From Cyanophora paradoxa CCMP329 (lineage: Eukaryota; Plantae; Glaucophyta), in assembly GCA_004431415.1 (NCBI GenBank), contig QPMI01000615.1:1-64000 (forward strand): DNA of 64,000 bases, in the 5' to 3' direction. This document shows, one piece after another, positions 43,561 to 56,777 of this stretch (position 1 is the stretch's first letter; each line of letters opens with the position of its first letter). Made by a program: the position numbers and the translations under genes. Below the pieces are notes generated by a model that worked only from the letters and a program-made list of their open reading frames with translations, searched no databases and had not been told where the DNA came from.

Positions 43561-43828
43561 CCAATCGATCTTTCGGCCTCCTTGATGAGGATGGGGACTT
43601 GGACAGCTACATCGCCGCTTTCAGGACAAAGATCGCAGTGCTTCAGTCACAGTGATGTGTGTTTATAATATACCTTGGTTTCGGATCAAATGGGAACTGA
43701 ACTGAACTGATTAACAAGGAGATTCTTGCCATCCGGGAGTACTTTACAGAATTACAAGAGTACTACAACCGCAGGAGCACGATCAGAGCGGCACAGATAC
43801 GGAAGAACTTTAAAGCGCGCCCGCGTGA

Positions 43829-44571
43829 TCAGGACCACTTCTCGTCACGATCACGGTTGTCGAAGAGCCGATTGAGCTCCTGAGTCGCTTTCATGCTCAA
43901 ATCCTTCCCTTCGCCAAGACTCAAGGACTCGTCAAGCGCAGAGATGCTGGCTTCAAGCCGAACACAACGATCGGCCAGTTTTTTGACGAGACAGGCTGTA
44001 GACCCCTCCGCAACGACGTCGACACGCCTGCAGAGCAACGAAATCAACGACCCATCCGCAACGACCGGAGTCGAATTTGATTTTGACGTGATTTTTTAAT
44101 GGGCACGCCGAGCGACTTACCAACGACCCGTGCGTCCCGAAAACATGGCTTTGCCCCGCGCTCTCCCCGAGCTCGACAGTTCGCCGAGCCCCTTCCAAAA
44201 TTCTTGGAAAGCCGCCTGCGTGTCAAAAACATACTTGCTTGCATGAAAGGTCACGGTCTCGTCTTTGCCCGACCCGTCATCCGCAGGCGCAGCCTGCATG
44301 CGAATATCTACCGGCGCAGCGACGGCCGCCGGGCCGGTGCGAGGACGATTGCCAAGCGCAAGGCGCACGTCTCCACAGACGAATCGACGCGCACTCGCAA
44401 GATGCTGTGCGAGAGGCAGGCGGGCGACGTCAGCTACGAGGCCGCAGTACTAGAAGAAGAGCGGCGGACCTTGTAAGCGCCTGCGGGTCGGCGAAGCGAG
44501 CACCTGGCTGAAGCAGAGACCCCGGAGGAGACGTGGTCTCTCGCGAGAACGACCGGCACTGCCACGAACAT
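43829..44571 (-). CDS. Hypothetical protein carrying a near-identical copy of the pcyA transit peptide
   Basis: Splices in frame: MFVAVPVV...GAYK|HLASARRF...IRMQAAPADDGSG...GRTGRW|RVDVVAEG...DRDEKWS*. Confidence 0.7.
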
Positions 44572-45183
44572 CGTCCGGATCCGTACGCGTACGCGTCGTC
44601 CGTCGAGAATTGGAGAGCTGGATGTGTGTACCCCTTGCGGTCAAGCTTCAAGCCACAGCTAGCTTTTCAAGTTGCCCACGGCTTGCTGTCTAGCCGAAAG
44701 GTGAGTCAACGCGGTAAGAAAAAAACTGCCGTCACGGCCGCGCGCTTACGCCTAACGCATCGCGCAATCGCACATGCGCATCCTTGGGCTGCTGCTGCGA
44801 GAGCGCTAGCGCAGCGGCGCGCACAAACAGCGCTAGCTGTACTGTACGCAGCTTCACGGAGCGCGCTAGCTAGCCTGGTCGCGGTCTCTGGGCAGCGCGT
44901 CGCGGAGTGCACGGCCCCGGGGGATCACGCAATTCGAAGCAAGCGCGCGCGCGGAACTTAGTAAGGTGGCCTCTAAGCGCGTTGCGCACTGTGACCGGCT
45001 CCAGCAACCAGCGGCATCGTGGAGAAGCAAGCGCTAGCGAGCGAGCACAAGAAGGACCCGACTTCGGACGGTGCGCATCTTCGCACACCTCGAAATTCCG
45101 CATCATCGCGTGCTCATCGTCGAATCATCGATCGCAGCCTAGGGCCCCGAACATGTCAATTGGCCCCACGCGATAGCAATTAC

Positions 45184-46729
45184 ATGAATCAGATGCAGTG
45201 CGTACCACGCGCACTTGCGTCTGTGCGCTCCGATTAAACAACCGCAGGCTCCCAGTGTCTTCACCCGGGCCGGCTGCGCCAGAAGGTCCCTTTGCCGTGC
45301 ACAGCTACAAAATATTACCTTGCGCCCTCGGGATGCTTTGCGCCACTCTTAAAAATGGAGAGGAGTGGCGGTGTGTTCACTGTACCACCTCCCTGTAATC
45401 GTAATCGTAATCTACTACCTCCAGGTGCACCGGGTGGCACTACCGGGGGGACCGGCGCCGCCCTCCGCTCGTGGATGGGAAATATTTCTATACTGTCCGT
45501 GCCACTTCTCTTTCACACTTAAGATCTTTGACCTGATTCCCTGAGCTGCATGCAGATCAATGCTTGTGGCTCCCAAGACCTGCGATCAGCGGTTCTTACC
45601 TGCCCTCAAGGCGAAAACTGCCCTCAGATTCACAACAGTTATGAACGCTCGTACCATCCGGCTCTGTACAAGGTGAAAGAAAGACCCGCTTTCTCCGAGG
45701 CAGTGAAATATATATGTTCTGACGTCGCAATCGGCACAGACGGTCAGCTGCAAACACCAAGATAAATGCTGGCGGGGGGCCTACTGTTCTTTTGCGCACA
45801 CGCTGCAAGCCCAGAGGGCTGCGCAGGCAGCCGCTGCAAAATTAGAAGAGCAACAGCGCATTCTCAACAACCTCTCTCACGGTCTCCATGGGATCGGCAG
45901 TCTCCAGCTCTCAGCAGCGCCCATCCACCTCTCGGGGCACCAACAGCAACAGCAGCAGCAGCAGCAGCAAGCACAGCTTCCCAGCGATCAGCGCCAGCTC
46001 AACCGCCATATTTCCGCTCTCGTCGCAGGCATGTAAAGAATGCCTGTCCCAGTATGCACTGTTGGTAATACCCCTGACACTTTTTGAAAAGGACTCAATG
46101 ATGGTGGTAACCCATCGATATCATCATTTGATTTTCCGAGTGCTATGGCCCAGGTGCCCACCATCCATGTTCGAACTGCAATTTGATTGATCTTAAAACA
46201 GGTGTTGGCCCTCGACGCCAATGCTAATGGACATAAAAAGCAAGCATCAAAAGAGGATTTTCAAAGGCTGAGGGACGACAACAATTCCAGCAGCACCTAT
46301 GAGGCCTGCAAACAGATCATAGCAGAAAAGGTAGTGAATTTTCAGAGCGAACTTGATCGCCACTGAATGGCAATCCAGGACGATTGGCCATCATTGCAGG
46401 CGATTCTGCTCCACACGAATACGGACTTGCGGTTCATCAATTATTTGATGTCTGCGTCCATTGCCTTACTCTGCCCCAGAGTGTCGCCTGTTCCGGGAGG
46501 TATGTCTCTACCAGTTCTTGCCGCGCTGCACAAGCGGAGGAAAATTTTTCAAGGACTTGTCGACCTGTACGGGTGGGAGTCGACACTTGCTCCCATGGCG
46601 TTTATTTGCAGCCAGCTGGAGTCTCTCTGGCCGGGACTGTGGACTACAGCACTAGAACAGCAGACTGCTACAGTACAGCCTACAGCACAGCAGCTTACTG
46701 CTTTAGTAGCCAGCCGATCGTTCTTTTAG
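45184..46729 (+). CDS. Unkempt/TZF-like CCCH zinc-finger protein
   Basis: FAVHSYKILPC...CTGWHYRGDRRRPP...CPQGENCPQIHNSYERSYHPALYK|TVSCKHQDKCWRGAYCSFAH, poly-Q. Confidence 0.72.
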
Positions 46730-47355
46730 GTAGTCAAGACATGAAAACAACTAGTCCAAACAGTTTTTACCTGAGTAAAAGTATACTATCATCTTTTGCA
46801 GTATTAAGTGTATTTGACAAGTTATCAGAATTTTTCAGATCTCGTGTTATCAGAACTCTTTAGATCGGATCTGGATTGAATATAGCTAACTTAGTAAATA
46901 TAGCAGGCACCATCACATGCATGGCTCTAGCTGGCGTCTGAAAATGAATAATATTTCGACATCCTCCGAAGAAGAAGAAGAGTATGTTAAGACACGCCCA
47001 AGTTGCCCTCGGGATGCTTTGCGCCGTGCTTAAAAATGGAGAGGAGTGGCGGTGTGTTCACTGTACCACCTCCCTGTAATCGTAATCGTAATCTACTACC
47101 TCCAGATGCACCGGGTGGCACTACCGGGGGGACCGGCGCCGCCCTCCGCTCGTGGATGGGAAATATTTCTATACTGTCCGTGCCACTTCTCTTTCACACT
47201 TAAGATCTTTGACCTGATTCCCTGAGCTGCATGCAGATCAATGCTTGCGGCTCCCAAGACCTGCGATCAGCGGTTCTTACCTGCCCTCAAGGCGAAAACT
47301 GCCCTCAGATTCACAACAGTTATGAACGCTCGTACCATCCGGCTCTGTACAAGGT

Positions 47356-47455
47356 TGGTTCACTGTCGATTGTGCTTCGGGCCTTCGGGTCCTTCGCCTT
47401 TCGTCAAAACCGCACAACTGGCTTGGGCGTGTCTTATACATACTCTTCTTCTTCT
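47356..47455 (+). mobile_element. 100-bp 5'-truncated LINE insertion with TSD TCTGTACAAGGT
   Basis: Empty site at ~45663-45674; TSD at 47344-47355 and 47456-47467. Confidence 0.9.
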
Positions 47456-47674
47456 TCTGTACAAGGTGAAAGAAAGACCCGCTTTCTCCGAGGCAGTGAA
47501 ATATATATGTTCTGACGTCGCAATCGGCACAGACGGTCAGCTGCAAACACCAAGATAAATGCTGGCGGGGGGCCTACTGTTCTTTTGCGCACACGCTGCA
47601 AGCCCAGAGGGCTGCGCAGGCAGCCGCTGCAAAATTAGAAGAGCAACAGCGCATTCTCAACAACCTCTCTCACG

Positions 47675-50600
47675 TGATTCTGGAACTCTCCTGCCTTCGG
47701 GCGCAAACTCTCTGCCGTATGGCGCAAACTCTCTGCCGTATGGCGCAAACTCGTGTTACCGTCCCTGTTGCCCTGCGTGCACACTCACGTGTGCATTGCC
47801 TTGAACTCCGTTCGGCAGCCGAAGCTGAAAAGTACGAAGCCCTGGCCACCGGTGTCCGCACGGCGTCATCCGGCAGTTGTGCTTTCGCCTTCAACTCCTG
47901 TCATGCATGGCCTCGTTACATTCTACGTCATGCATACGCTCAGCTCAGCTCTCGCCGTGTGCGGGCTTCGACTTGTGCAGTTACCGTTACGCAGGTTGTG
48001 CGAAGTGACTTTGCTGACGGCCGATTAGCTGCGCACTCTGTTCTTCTTACAACTGATGCCAAGCCAAGCTCTCAGGTTTTCGGTTCTCATCTCGAAACCC
48101 TTACACCTCTTTTCGTAGCTGGGACTGCCCCCCCGCCCCACATTCATCGCCTTCGTGCACCGCCGTGGCCTGATTAAATATGGTTAACATTGCATCCTTG
48201 AATGTGGGAGGGCTCAACAGTCCCAACAAGCTGCAGAAATTTGTGGAACGTTGCCAGAAGTTTGCAATTGCTCACAAGATAGACATCCTCTGCTTACAGG
48301 AAACTAAGCTGCGGGAATTTGATGATGCTGGCCACGCCTTAGGAAAGCTCGAAAAGATTGCAACTGCCTGGCGAGGCCCATTCTTCCACTCTGCTCCGAC
48401 TCAATCCCGCTCCACTGGTGTTGCCATTATGGTCACGCCATTCTTCGCTGCAGAGCACGAGGTAATGCTTGCTCGTCAGGATTCTGATGGCCGCTTTATA
48501 TCCGTATCTATTGCGTTTAAGGCATCGGGTTCCTTCCCGGCTACGAAAGTACTCTTGGCTTGTGTCTATGCCCCCGCTAGTAATAACAGAGACCGCCTGG
48601 ACTGGTGGCAGTCTTGTGTGCAGGCTGGGTATCTCCGCCACTATGCCTATGCTTCTTATCGGAGACTGGAATCACCGCACCCCAAAGCCTAATTCCCTGC
48701 AGCGCTCGTACCTTCGCACAACGATGACCTTGCACCAGCTTGACGATCTTGCGAACCATGCTCCGCCACCTCCTGCCGGCGAGCCTGCATCTGCTTTCGC
48801 CCCAACTTATTCGCGCATTGTTAGCCTTAAAGCTGTTAACTCGCGCCTCGACTTTGCTCTCGCCAAGTGGTTCCAGCGCCGCCTTGCCACGTACTCGCTC
48901 CTAGCGCCGTCCGATGCGCTCCATCTTCAGCTTGACCACCGTATTGTTGTTCTCTCCTTTTCAGGCCCTCGTGTGCACCGTCACTCGCCCCGGTCCCGCG
49001 TGCAAGCGTTCCCGTACGATTTCGTCAGCAACCTGCCTGGACAGTACTCTCAGCGCGGCGACCCAGTCTGTCTTGACCCAGCTCTGCGCAAGCGTACGGA
49101 AACGCACTTAACTCAGTTCCTGAACACTGTCCTGCAAGAACGTGGGAACAATGGGGTAGTTGCTGATGCTGCCGCCTTTGATGACACTTGGCGCGCATTC
49201 TGTAAGCGGCTCTGCAAGATGGCGCGTAAGCACAGAGCGCACGTGATTAGCAAGCTATACACGCATGAACGCGCGGCGTACAAAGCGCTGGGCGATGTCG
49301 AGGTGAAGATCTACCGCTTGCCGCCCGGCTCCGATGCTGTCGCGCTGTACCGCGAGCGCACCCAGAGGCTTGAATCCCTGCGCGAACTTCAGAAGAAGGT
49401 CTCTCTCAACAATCGCCAGCTCGCTAGACTTCAGCACCGGCTCACGTTTGAAAGCGGCTCTAAGCGCGACTGGGCGCGGCTTACCAAGCCCTCCTCCGTT
49501 GTTCCCCCGCCACTGCACTTCACCTCGGATGGTTCCACTGCTGTCGCTGTTGAGCCTACAGCGGTTGCAAACTACCTGGCCAAAAAGCTTGAAGAACTGG
49601 GCGCTCCCACCCCTGCCTTCCTCTTGACTCAGACCTCTGTCCTTGACGTTCTCTGCCCCTCTCCCGAGCCCCCCGAGGACCCTGCTGTTGATATTTCCCT
49701 TCCTGCGGCCCAGGATAATCCATCCGCTGCTGCTTTCACTCAACAATTTGTGGACGATCTTTTGCCCCATGTTCAGGGAACTGTCCCACCTACCTGGCGT
49801 ACACAGACTAAAATTTCATCTGATGACGTAGCTTTCTCCATCAGTAAAGCTTATGCCCATGGGGCACCAGGCTCGGATGGGATACCCATTGGCGTCTTTA
49901 AGATGCACATTAAAACTTGGTCTGATTTCCTGGCTGCCTACTTCCAGAAGGTTGCTGTTCAAGGCTTCCTTCCTGATTTTATGCGCGACTTGACCTACAC
50001 TTTCATCTGGAAACGGTCTGGCCTGCCCACTGATGCCTCGAAATACCGACCTATTGGAGTCTCTAACACGCTCCTGCGCCTTTTCGAGCGGACTATGGTT
50101 ACGCTAGCCAATCCAATCTTGCAACTCATCATTCCTGAAGATCAGTTTGGATCTGTACAAGGTCGGGATGTTCATAAAAACATCTTTGCAGTGCTGGCCA
50201 CGTATACACGCATCCGCTACGCCAATTATGATTGTGTTATTGGGTTCGACTCGGATCTCAAGTCTGCCTACGATCTGTTGCTCTGGGTTATAATGGCGCT
50301 CGTTCTCCATGTTCAACAGTGGCCCTGGCTTATCCGGCGGATGCATCACTGCTTGTACAACCCTAGAGCTCCCCTCCGTGCACTTGTATTTGCGAATGGG
50401 CTCTTCTCTTCTGTGTTCTCACGTCTTGTGGGCACCATTCAAGGTGGTCCCTGGAGCCCGGTTTCTTTCATTCTCTCGATCAGCCCTCTACGTTCCCTCT
50501 TGCTTTCGCTCACTGATATACCCCGCCCTGTTGGCACCCCCCTCGTCCAGTTTGCTGACGATATTTATCAGCTGTTCCTGCTCCGCGCCCAGGGGCTATC

Positions 50601-53600
50601 TCTGCGTGACTCCCTCTTGGCTATCCATGCACGTTTCGGCTCTTTTAAATCTCTCTCTGGTCAGCATTTATCTATGGAGAAATCTCTTGCAATTGTCCTC
50701 AGGGAACCTGCTGCCTCACCTTTGGATCTTGATCCTGCTGATCCCCTGCCTTTCCCTGTTCTTCGCGCCTCTGAGCTCGACCCCGCCTGCCATAAGCAGC
50801 TGGGTTTCCCGCATCAGCTCCTTCTTGATCGTGAGCATCATCAATCATGGAACATGATTCAGCATAAAGCGACCTTCTTTACGGAGACAGCTGTTGATTT
50901 CCAGTCCTCCCTTCTTGGATGGGGTCGCATAGCCTATGCCTTCTGTCAGGGCGTGTTGAGCTTCTATATTCGGGCAGTTCCAGCACCACCTCTTATTCTC
51001 CGGGCTATCTCAAAATCCCTACAGACCTTCGTCTGGAAGCGTTCTTCGAATTCTGATGCGTTCATCTTACCTCATCAGGGCATGACCACTGCTTCGTGTC
51101 GGCCTGTATCTCTCGGTGGTCTCGGAGCACCCTCCCCTGAACACTTCCAGCTGGCCTTTGCCGCAAACTCTTTGGAATCGTGGCTTACTTCCCCGGCAGC
51201 TCTTCCTGGTCGAGAAATTATTGAGGCTTTCACGGAGAATGGTGGTTTTGGGCTCTGGCTTCCTTTTCTCAACAGGACTGATCGCCTGGTGATGCCACTG
51301 TGGCCTCCGCCTGCTGACCCGTTCTTTGCCATCTTCGAAGCTTGGCGGACTATTTTCGATGTCAAGAAGCCCCGCTGCGCTTGGGATTTCCTGCGTATGC
51401 CGATCATGCACCCCTGGTATAAGAAAGACACGTACTATGAGCGTGACTTTACTTTTACGCTGCTTTTCCGTCTCGGCTTCCGTTTCAACTATCAAATCTG
51501 GGACTTCTCTGGGGAACATACTCTCTATGTCGAGCCCTCCTATCCCGAGCAACTGCGCGACCAGCTGCATGCGCTCAATAATCGACTTGCGCAAGAGGTT
51601 TGGCGTTGTGGTAAAACTGCAGACTGGAAACACGAACCTGGAGGACTCGCTATTGGCCCTTTCTCGAAACTTGCTGCTGAGCGCCTTTCCCTCCAGGGCG
51701 TAGCTCTCTGTCGCGTTCGCCTTCTTCCTGACACTCAGCTCGCTTTTCATGAGATTGACGTGCCCTGCAGTGCTTCGATTGACAATCCCGTTGCTCTCCC
51801 CGATGTGCTTGCGATCCGGCCCGCGGCCCGTGCGATCGACTTCATTCCCGTGCCTGCGCATGCGCTTAGCCTAGTTAAGAACGCTTGCAAGTTGTCCTAC
51901 ATGCCCGCACTCGTGCGGTTCCTCATGAACTCAGTGCAGCTTTCCGACCTTGCACTCCGTCCGCTGCCACCGTCGTCTTCCCGTACGTTTGCGTTCTACT
52001 CTGACCGCGAGAACATCAGCGATCGTTCAAAGGAAGAGCTGCGCCTTTCTAAGTCGGTTGCGTACAAGCTGCCTGCTGCCCCGTCGCGTTTCACGGTTCA
52101 CGACGTGTATAAGTACCTCTCCTCCCACGCTTTCATGGCGCCGACGACCGCTGAGGCTAAGTGGCGTGCTGATCTCTCTCCAAAGTTCCTCTGGCCGCCG
52201 GGCTACGATGCGCGCACTGATCGCTTTCCCTGGTTTAACACGGTGATTCCCGACCTGCGCTACGCTCTCACGCAGCGCGTCCTTGACGGCTACTTTGCTC
52301 TGCGCTACAACGCCCTCCGCACATCGTCCCGCATCGCTGCTATGGCTGCGCGTGATCTTCAGCGTCCCGCTTCGGCGAATTTGCTTGACAGTGAGCTTCT
52401 CTCTTCGCTATGTCCGGTCTGCCACCGGTACTGCAACGCACTGCACGTCTTTGCTCTCTGCCCCGTAGTGCAGCAGTTTTGGTCGCTTATCTTCCATGCC
52501 CTGCAGCTCCAGCCGATGCCCATTCCTTCTGCACGATTCGTTGCCTGGCTGCTCACTGGCTCGGTCCGTTTCTCTGATACTTGGATGTTCTTGCAGAACT
52601 GGGAGTGGCAGGTTGTTCGGATCCTTGGTCTGCACGTCATTTTCCGCTCGTATTCTCTGGCCTATCGTACAGGTCGCTCTGAAGCTGCTGCTACGTTTGC
52701 GATGGACCCTGACATACAGCTGCCCCTTCCGCCTTCCTCCAAAACCGGTTTAAAGACGGCCACTCTGATGTCTGCCTTGTTTCGCGAGCTCGACGATTTC
52801 ATGGACATGCTTCCTCGTCGTTTACCTCGATTCAAAGTCACTTATGTCCGTGGGGACTTCCGTTTCATCTCTACAGCTGACCCATCTCATTCTTCATTTT
52901 GTTCTAATCTCTTGGACGCGGCTCGTGCTTATGACCATTCCCTAGCCTCTTTTGAGCACTGCGAGCATATCAATCAGCCTGCCCCTAGCCCCGATTTAGC
53001 TCCTAGCTCCCTTGTTGCTCAGTTTGCCTATGCCAGTGCACGGCCTGTTCTATTGCAGCGGCTCGAAAAAGAGGATCTTGAAGGCTATGAATCCTCCCCT
53101 GACACTGGATCAGACTCCTCAGAGCTTTCCGACCTGGGCCCTGATGAACCTGATGATTCTTCTACAAGCTCCCCTTCGGATGACGACGACCCTCCTGAGG
53201 CACCGGACCCTGCTCCTGCTCCTGACCCTCTACTTCCTCCGTCTCCTCCGCCCCCTCACACCCCCCCTCATCCCCCCCCGGACTTTGACACTGAGGACGA
53301 GCCGCCTCTTCGCCGTCGCCGTGTCGATGCTTTGGACCCTCCTGCGCCAGCTTCTGGCGTTCTCAATGATGATGCTGATGCTCCCAGCTCGCCTCCGCTC
53401 TCTCCTCAAGTGATTATTGACCTCCTTGATCCTGAACTCGACGCTGATTTACCTCTATCTTCTCCTGTAATTGTTGCTGACGTCACTGACGATGCTCCCG
53501 ATGTTGGGGACCATTCCTCTTCTCTTCCTTCTTCCTCTGATCCTATGGACACTGATCCTGCTTTGCCCCCTGGTTTCACCCTGAAGCGCCGTCGACCCTC

Positions 53601-54097
53601 TTCCCCTGCTACTCCTTGCTTTTCCGATGGTTTGACGGCCGGATCCAGTGAACCCTCTTTTCTTCCTTCCGTTAAACGTTTGCATGTTTCCTCTCCTGCT
53701 GACCTTCCGGTTTTCAGTGATGATTCTGGTTCTCCTGTGGTGCCACGGTGCTCATTGACTGTCTTGATGATGCCGATGGCATGGTTCTTTAATCTTTCTC
53801 TCTCTAACAATAAGATTCGGATTTTCAAATGTGAACAGGATCGGGAATACCCCAGGCCGGCATTAGGAAGAGGCCCGCATTGGGATTTCGCCGATTGTTT
53901 TCCAGGTTTGCGTGTATGAGCGCCGGACCGCCGGGGCATACATGGTGAACTGTATAGGCGCATGTCTGCGCCGCCACTACCCTTGTCTGGTTGGTTCACT
54001 GTCGATTGTGCTTCGGGCCTTCGGGTCCTTCGCCTTTCGTCAAAACCGCACAACCGGCTTGGGCGTGTCTTATACATACTCTTCTCTTCTTCTTCTT
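47675..54097 (+). mobile_element. Non-LTR retrotransposon (L1/Tx1-like), 6.4 kb, (TCT)n tail, TSD TCTCTCACG
   Basis: TSD at 47666-47674 and 54098-54106; empty site at ~45873-45881; APE, RT and CCHC domains. Confidence 0.95.
48180..53919 (+). CDS. LINE ORF2 (APE endonuclease + reverse transcriptase + CCHC finger) with one frameshift near 48625
   Basis: SLNVGGLN, LCLQETK, CVYAP, IGDWN, SRLDF, LDHR; APGSDG, YRPI, DLKSAYD, GTIQGGPWSP, FADD, GGLGAP; CPVCHRYCNALHVFALC. Confidence 0.93.
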
Positions 54098-54396
54098 TCT
54101 CTCACGGTCTCCATGGGATCGGCAGTCTCCAGCTCTCAGCAGCGCCCATCCACCTCTCGGGGCACCAACAGCAACAGCAGCAGCAGCAGCAGCAGCAAGC
54201 ACAGCTTCCCAGCGATCAGCGCCAGCTCAACTGCCATATTTCCGCTCTCGTCACAGGCATGTAAAGAATGCCTGTCCCAGTATGCACTGTTGGTAATACC
54301 CCTGACACTTTTTGAAAAGGACTCAATGATGGTGGTAACCCATCGATATCATCATTTGATTTTCCGAGTGCTATGGCCCAGGTGCCCACCATCACA

Positions 54397-54500
54397 TGAA
54401 ATCGCTCACAACAGGACGAAGACGGTCTGAATCTCATGATGCGCAATGGAAGGGGCAATACGGCAGGTGTAATAAATCTGTTGGCTAATGCGTGAAGCTA
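54397..54500 (+). pseudogene. 104-bp copy of 37643-37746
   Basis: Direct alignment, two substitutions. Confidence 0.88.
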
Positions 54501-54894
54501 GATGCGTGATGCGTGAAAGTTGGACGTCGTAATCGCAACGTTAACTCTGATCATCGGATTACGATCGTAATCGCAACGTTAACTCTGATTCCGATCGTAA
54601 TCGATTCGCAACTCTGATTCCGATCGTAATCACAACTCAATATATAAGGTTTTCAAGTTTAACTTGACCATGATAGATAATGCATTGCAGAGATATTAAT
54701 TTCATTTTGCAAAAATTGGATTCATCTGCTGCTGCCACGATCTAAATCGAATCGTCCGGGCCACAAGAGTGCGATGCACACTGTAGCGCCGCTGCCACAG
54801 GCCCAGCCCATCAGCAAGCCAGGCGAGGTGCCCACACTGCAGGTGCCACGCGGACCTTGGGTTCACTCTAAAAGCACAACGGCTAAAACACATT

Positions 54895-54919
54895 TGCTCT
54901 TTCTATGCTAAGGGCGCGC
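54895..54919 (-). repeat. 25-bp stub of the Fanzor right end (A9)
   Basis: TGCTCTTTCTATGCTAAGGGCGCGC matches the subtype II terminus at 23/25 positions. Confidence 0.5.
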
Positions 54920-56453
54920 ACTCTTTGGCCTACCAGTCTGAGGAGAGGGAGGCCTAGCACTGTGAGGCCGGGCAGAAGGAGGCCTGCGGTTGGAATCACG
55001 ACACTCTTCTCAAGGAAAAAGAATCTTGAAAGTATGCACCTGGCCGACGAGCTATCGTCGACTGCACGAACAATTAATGGCCGCGCGCTATTGGGGCGAA
55101 GCACGCCATGCTTCTCAGAAACGAGGTCGGCGTAAAGATCCGCTTCTGTGATACGCTCGCCGCGCCCTGGTGTTTGAACGGCCGCGCTCCGACGCGGTGG
55201 CGCGGTGGCGCGGACGGGACCAGTTGATTGGTAGTTACGGCTCTTGTCCTGGTACGGGGCTGGTACGAGATCACGATTAGCAGGGCATGGTTAGCAGGAG
55301 GAGTATTAGCACGCACGAACCAATCGACTGTTCCAGTACTCCTTCGCTTAAACCAAACTGTCGGAGAGTGAGGCCGCAGTCAGGGAAAGAAATCAGTTGA
55401 TTTAAAATACCTGAGAGCCATAAGCGCGCATCCAGGACATCCGGGTGCTGAGCTGGCGGTCAGCACGATCAGAGCAGACCTCGCGCCAGCTCACCGAATC
55501 TCCTTGTTAATCAGTTCTGTGTAGGCTCCCATACTCGCCTACCATCAACCAAAAAGCGTTCAATATTGGCCAAACCATACTAGATATTAAGCTTTCGCAC
55601 GTTGGTCCAGGCCATCTTGAACTCGGAAGCTGTTTGAAAGCGTTGGTCGGGGCCGAACGTGAAAAGCCCGAGCGCCTACAGCTGCTGGTCCTGCTTTTTT
55701 GGGTGTGTCTGGGGGTACGCGGTATGCCGGACGCCAGAACGACCGCAGAGTGCGCATGATCCCTGTGGCGTTTCGGCCGCGCGGGGCGCTTGCAGATGCC
55801 ATGATTGCATTCAGCGGACCGGCACGTGCGCACGCCGGCCAGGAGAACTGGTTCTTCCTGGGAGCCCGCCGGGGGGCCCGCCACGTGCGCGTGCGGCCGC
55901 GTGCCGCGTGCCTGGGGCAGAACCGGTTCTTAGCCCCCATTAGCACCGCCACTTCTAGACTGCGTTGTCCGCAGCTAGTATGCCAGTGTTATCAATGTGC
56001 CACATGTACCGTAGTACTACTATCGCGTCCGCGGCTAGTATGCCAGTGTTATCAATGTGCCACATGTATACGTACATGTATACGTACATGTACAGCTAGC
56101 GCTGCAGCTGCGCCGCAGCGGGCCCAGCACACCATATGCATGCTAGCTATATATCATAGTATAGCGCGCGCTAGCCTCATGATCAGGCCCTGACCTGAGG
56201 CCAGAGGGCGCGGCCTAGCTATAGTGCATCATGATCATGGCATCATGGCATATGCATGCGCATGCAGTACGGTACTAGTGCACGTGCGCATGGGTCCCTG
56301 CGCGCATATGCATGGCCCAGTAGGTGCACGTACGTGCACGTGGCGCGGCCGGGCGACGGTCCCCTATAATTACTATATGTATAGCTGATTATATATAATT
56401 ATATCTAATTATAAGTTCAAGTACCTTCGTACGCTTTGCATCCGATCTTTCTC

Positions 56454-56777
56454 GCATTTGGACACGTACTCAAAACGCAGGTCCGGGCTACAAGTCTGGG
56501 ATGTACACTGCGGCCGCCGCGGCCGCGGGCCCAGCCCACCAGCGAGCTGGCCAGCTGGGCCCTGCGAGGCCCCCTAAGGAGAGTAATGCGCCTTCCCGCG
56601 GACACTCTAGCTAGCTAAATAGCTACATGTGCCCGCATGCACGACGTGGTGCTGCGTCGCGTCTTGTGGCGGCGGGAGCCGTCTCGGGGCGGTGGCGGGA
56701 GCCCTTACGAGCCCTGGGGGGCCCGGCATGGATTCAGCCTGCGGTGGGCGCCGGGGGGCGCGAAAAGGGGTCAGATC
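56454..56777 (-). mobile_element. Family B repeat, long copy
   Basis: GCATTTGGACACG...GAAAAGGGGTCAGATC. Confidence 0.8.

Larger units (their letters stand above)
47003..54390 (+). pseudogene. Partial duplicate of the CCCH gene (source ~45320-46163), split by two LINE insertions
   Basis: 47003-47674 and 54107-54390 align with the source locus. Confidence 0.88.
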
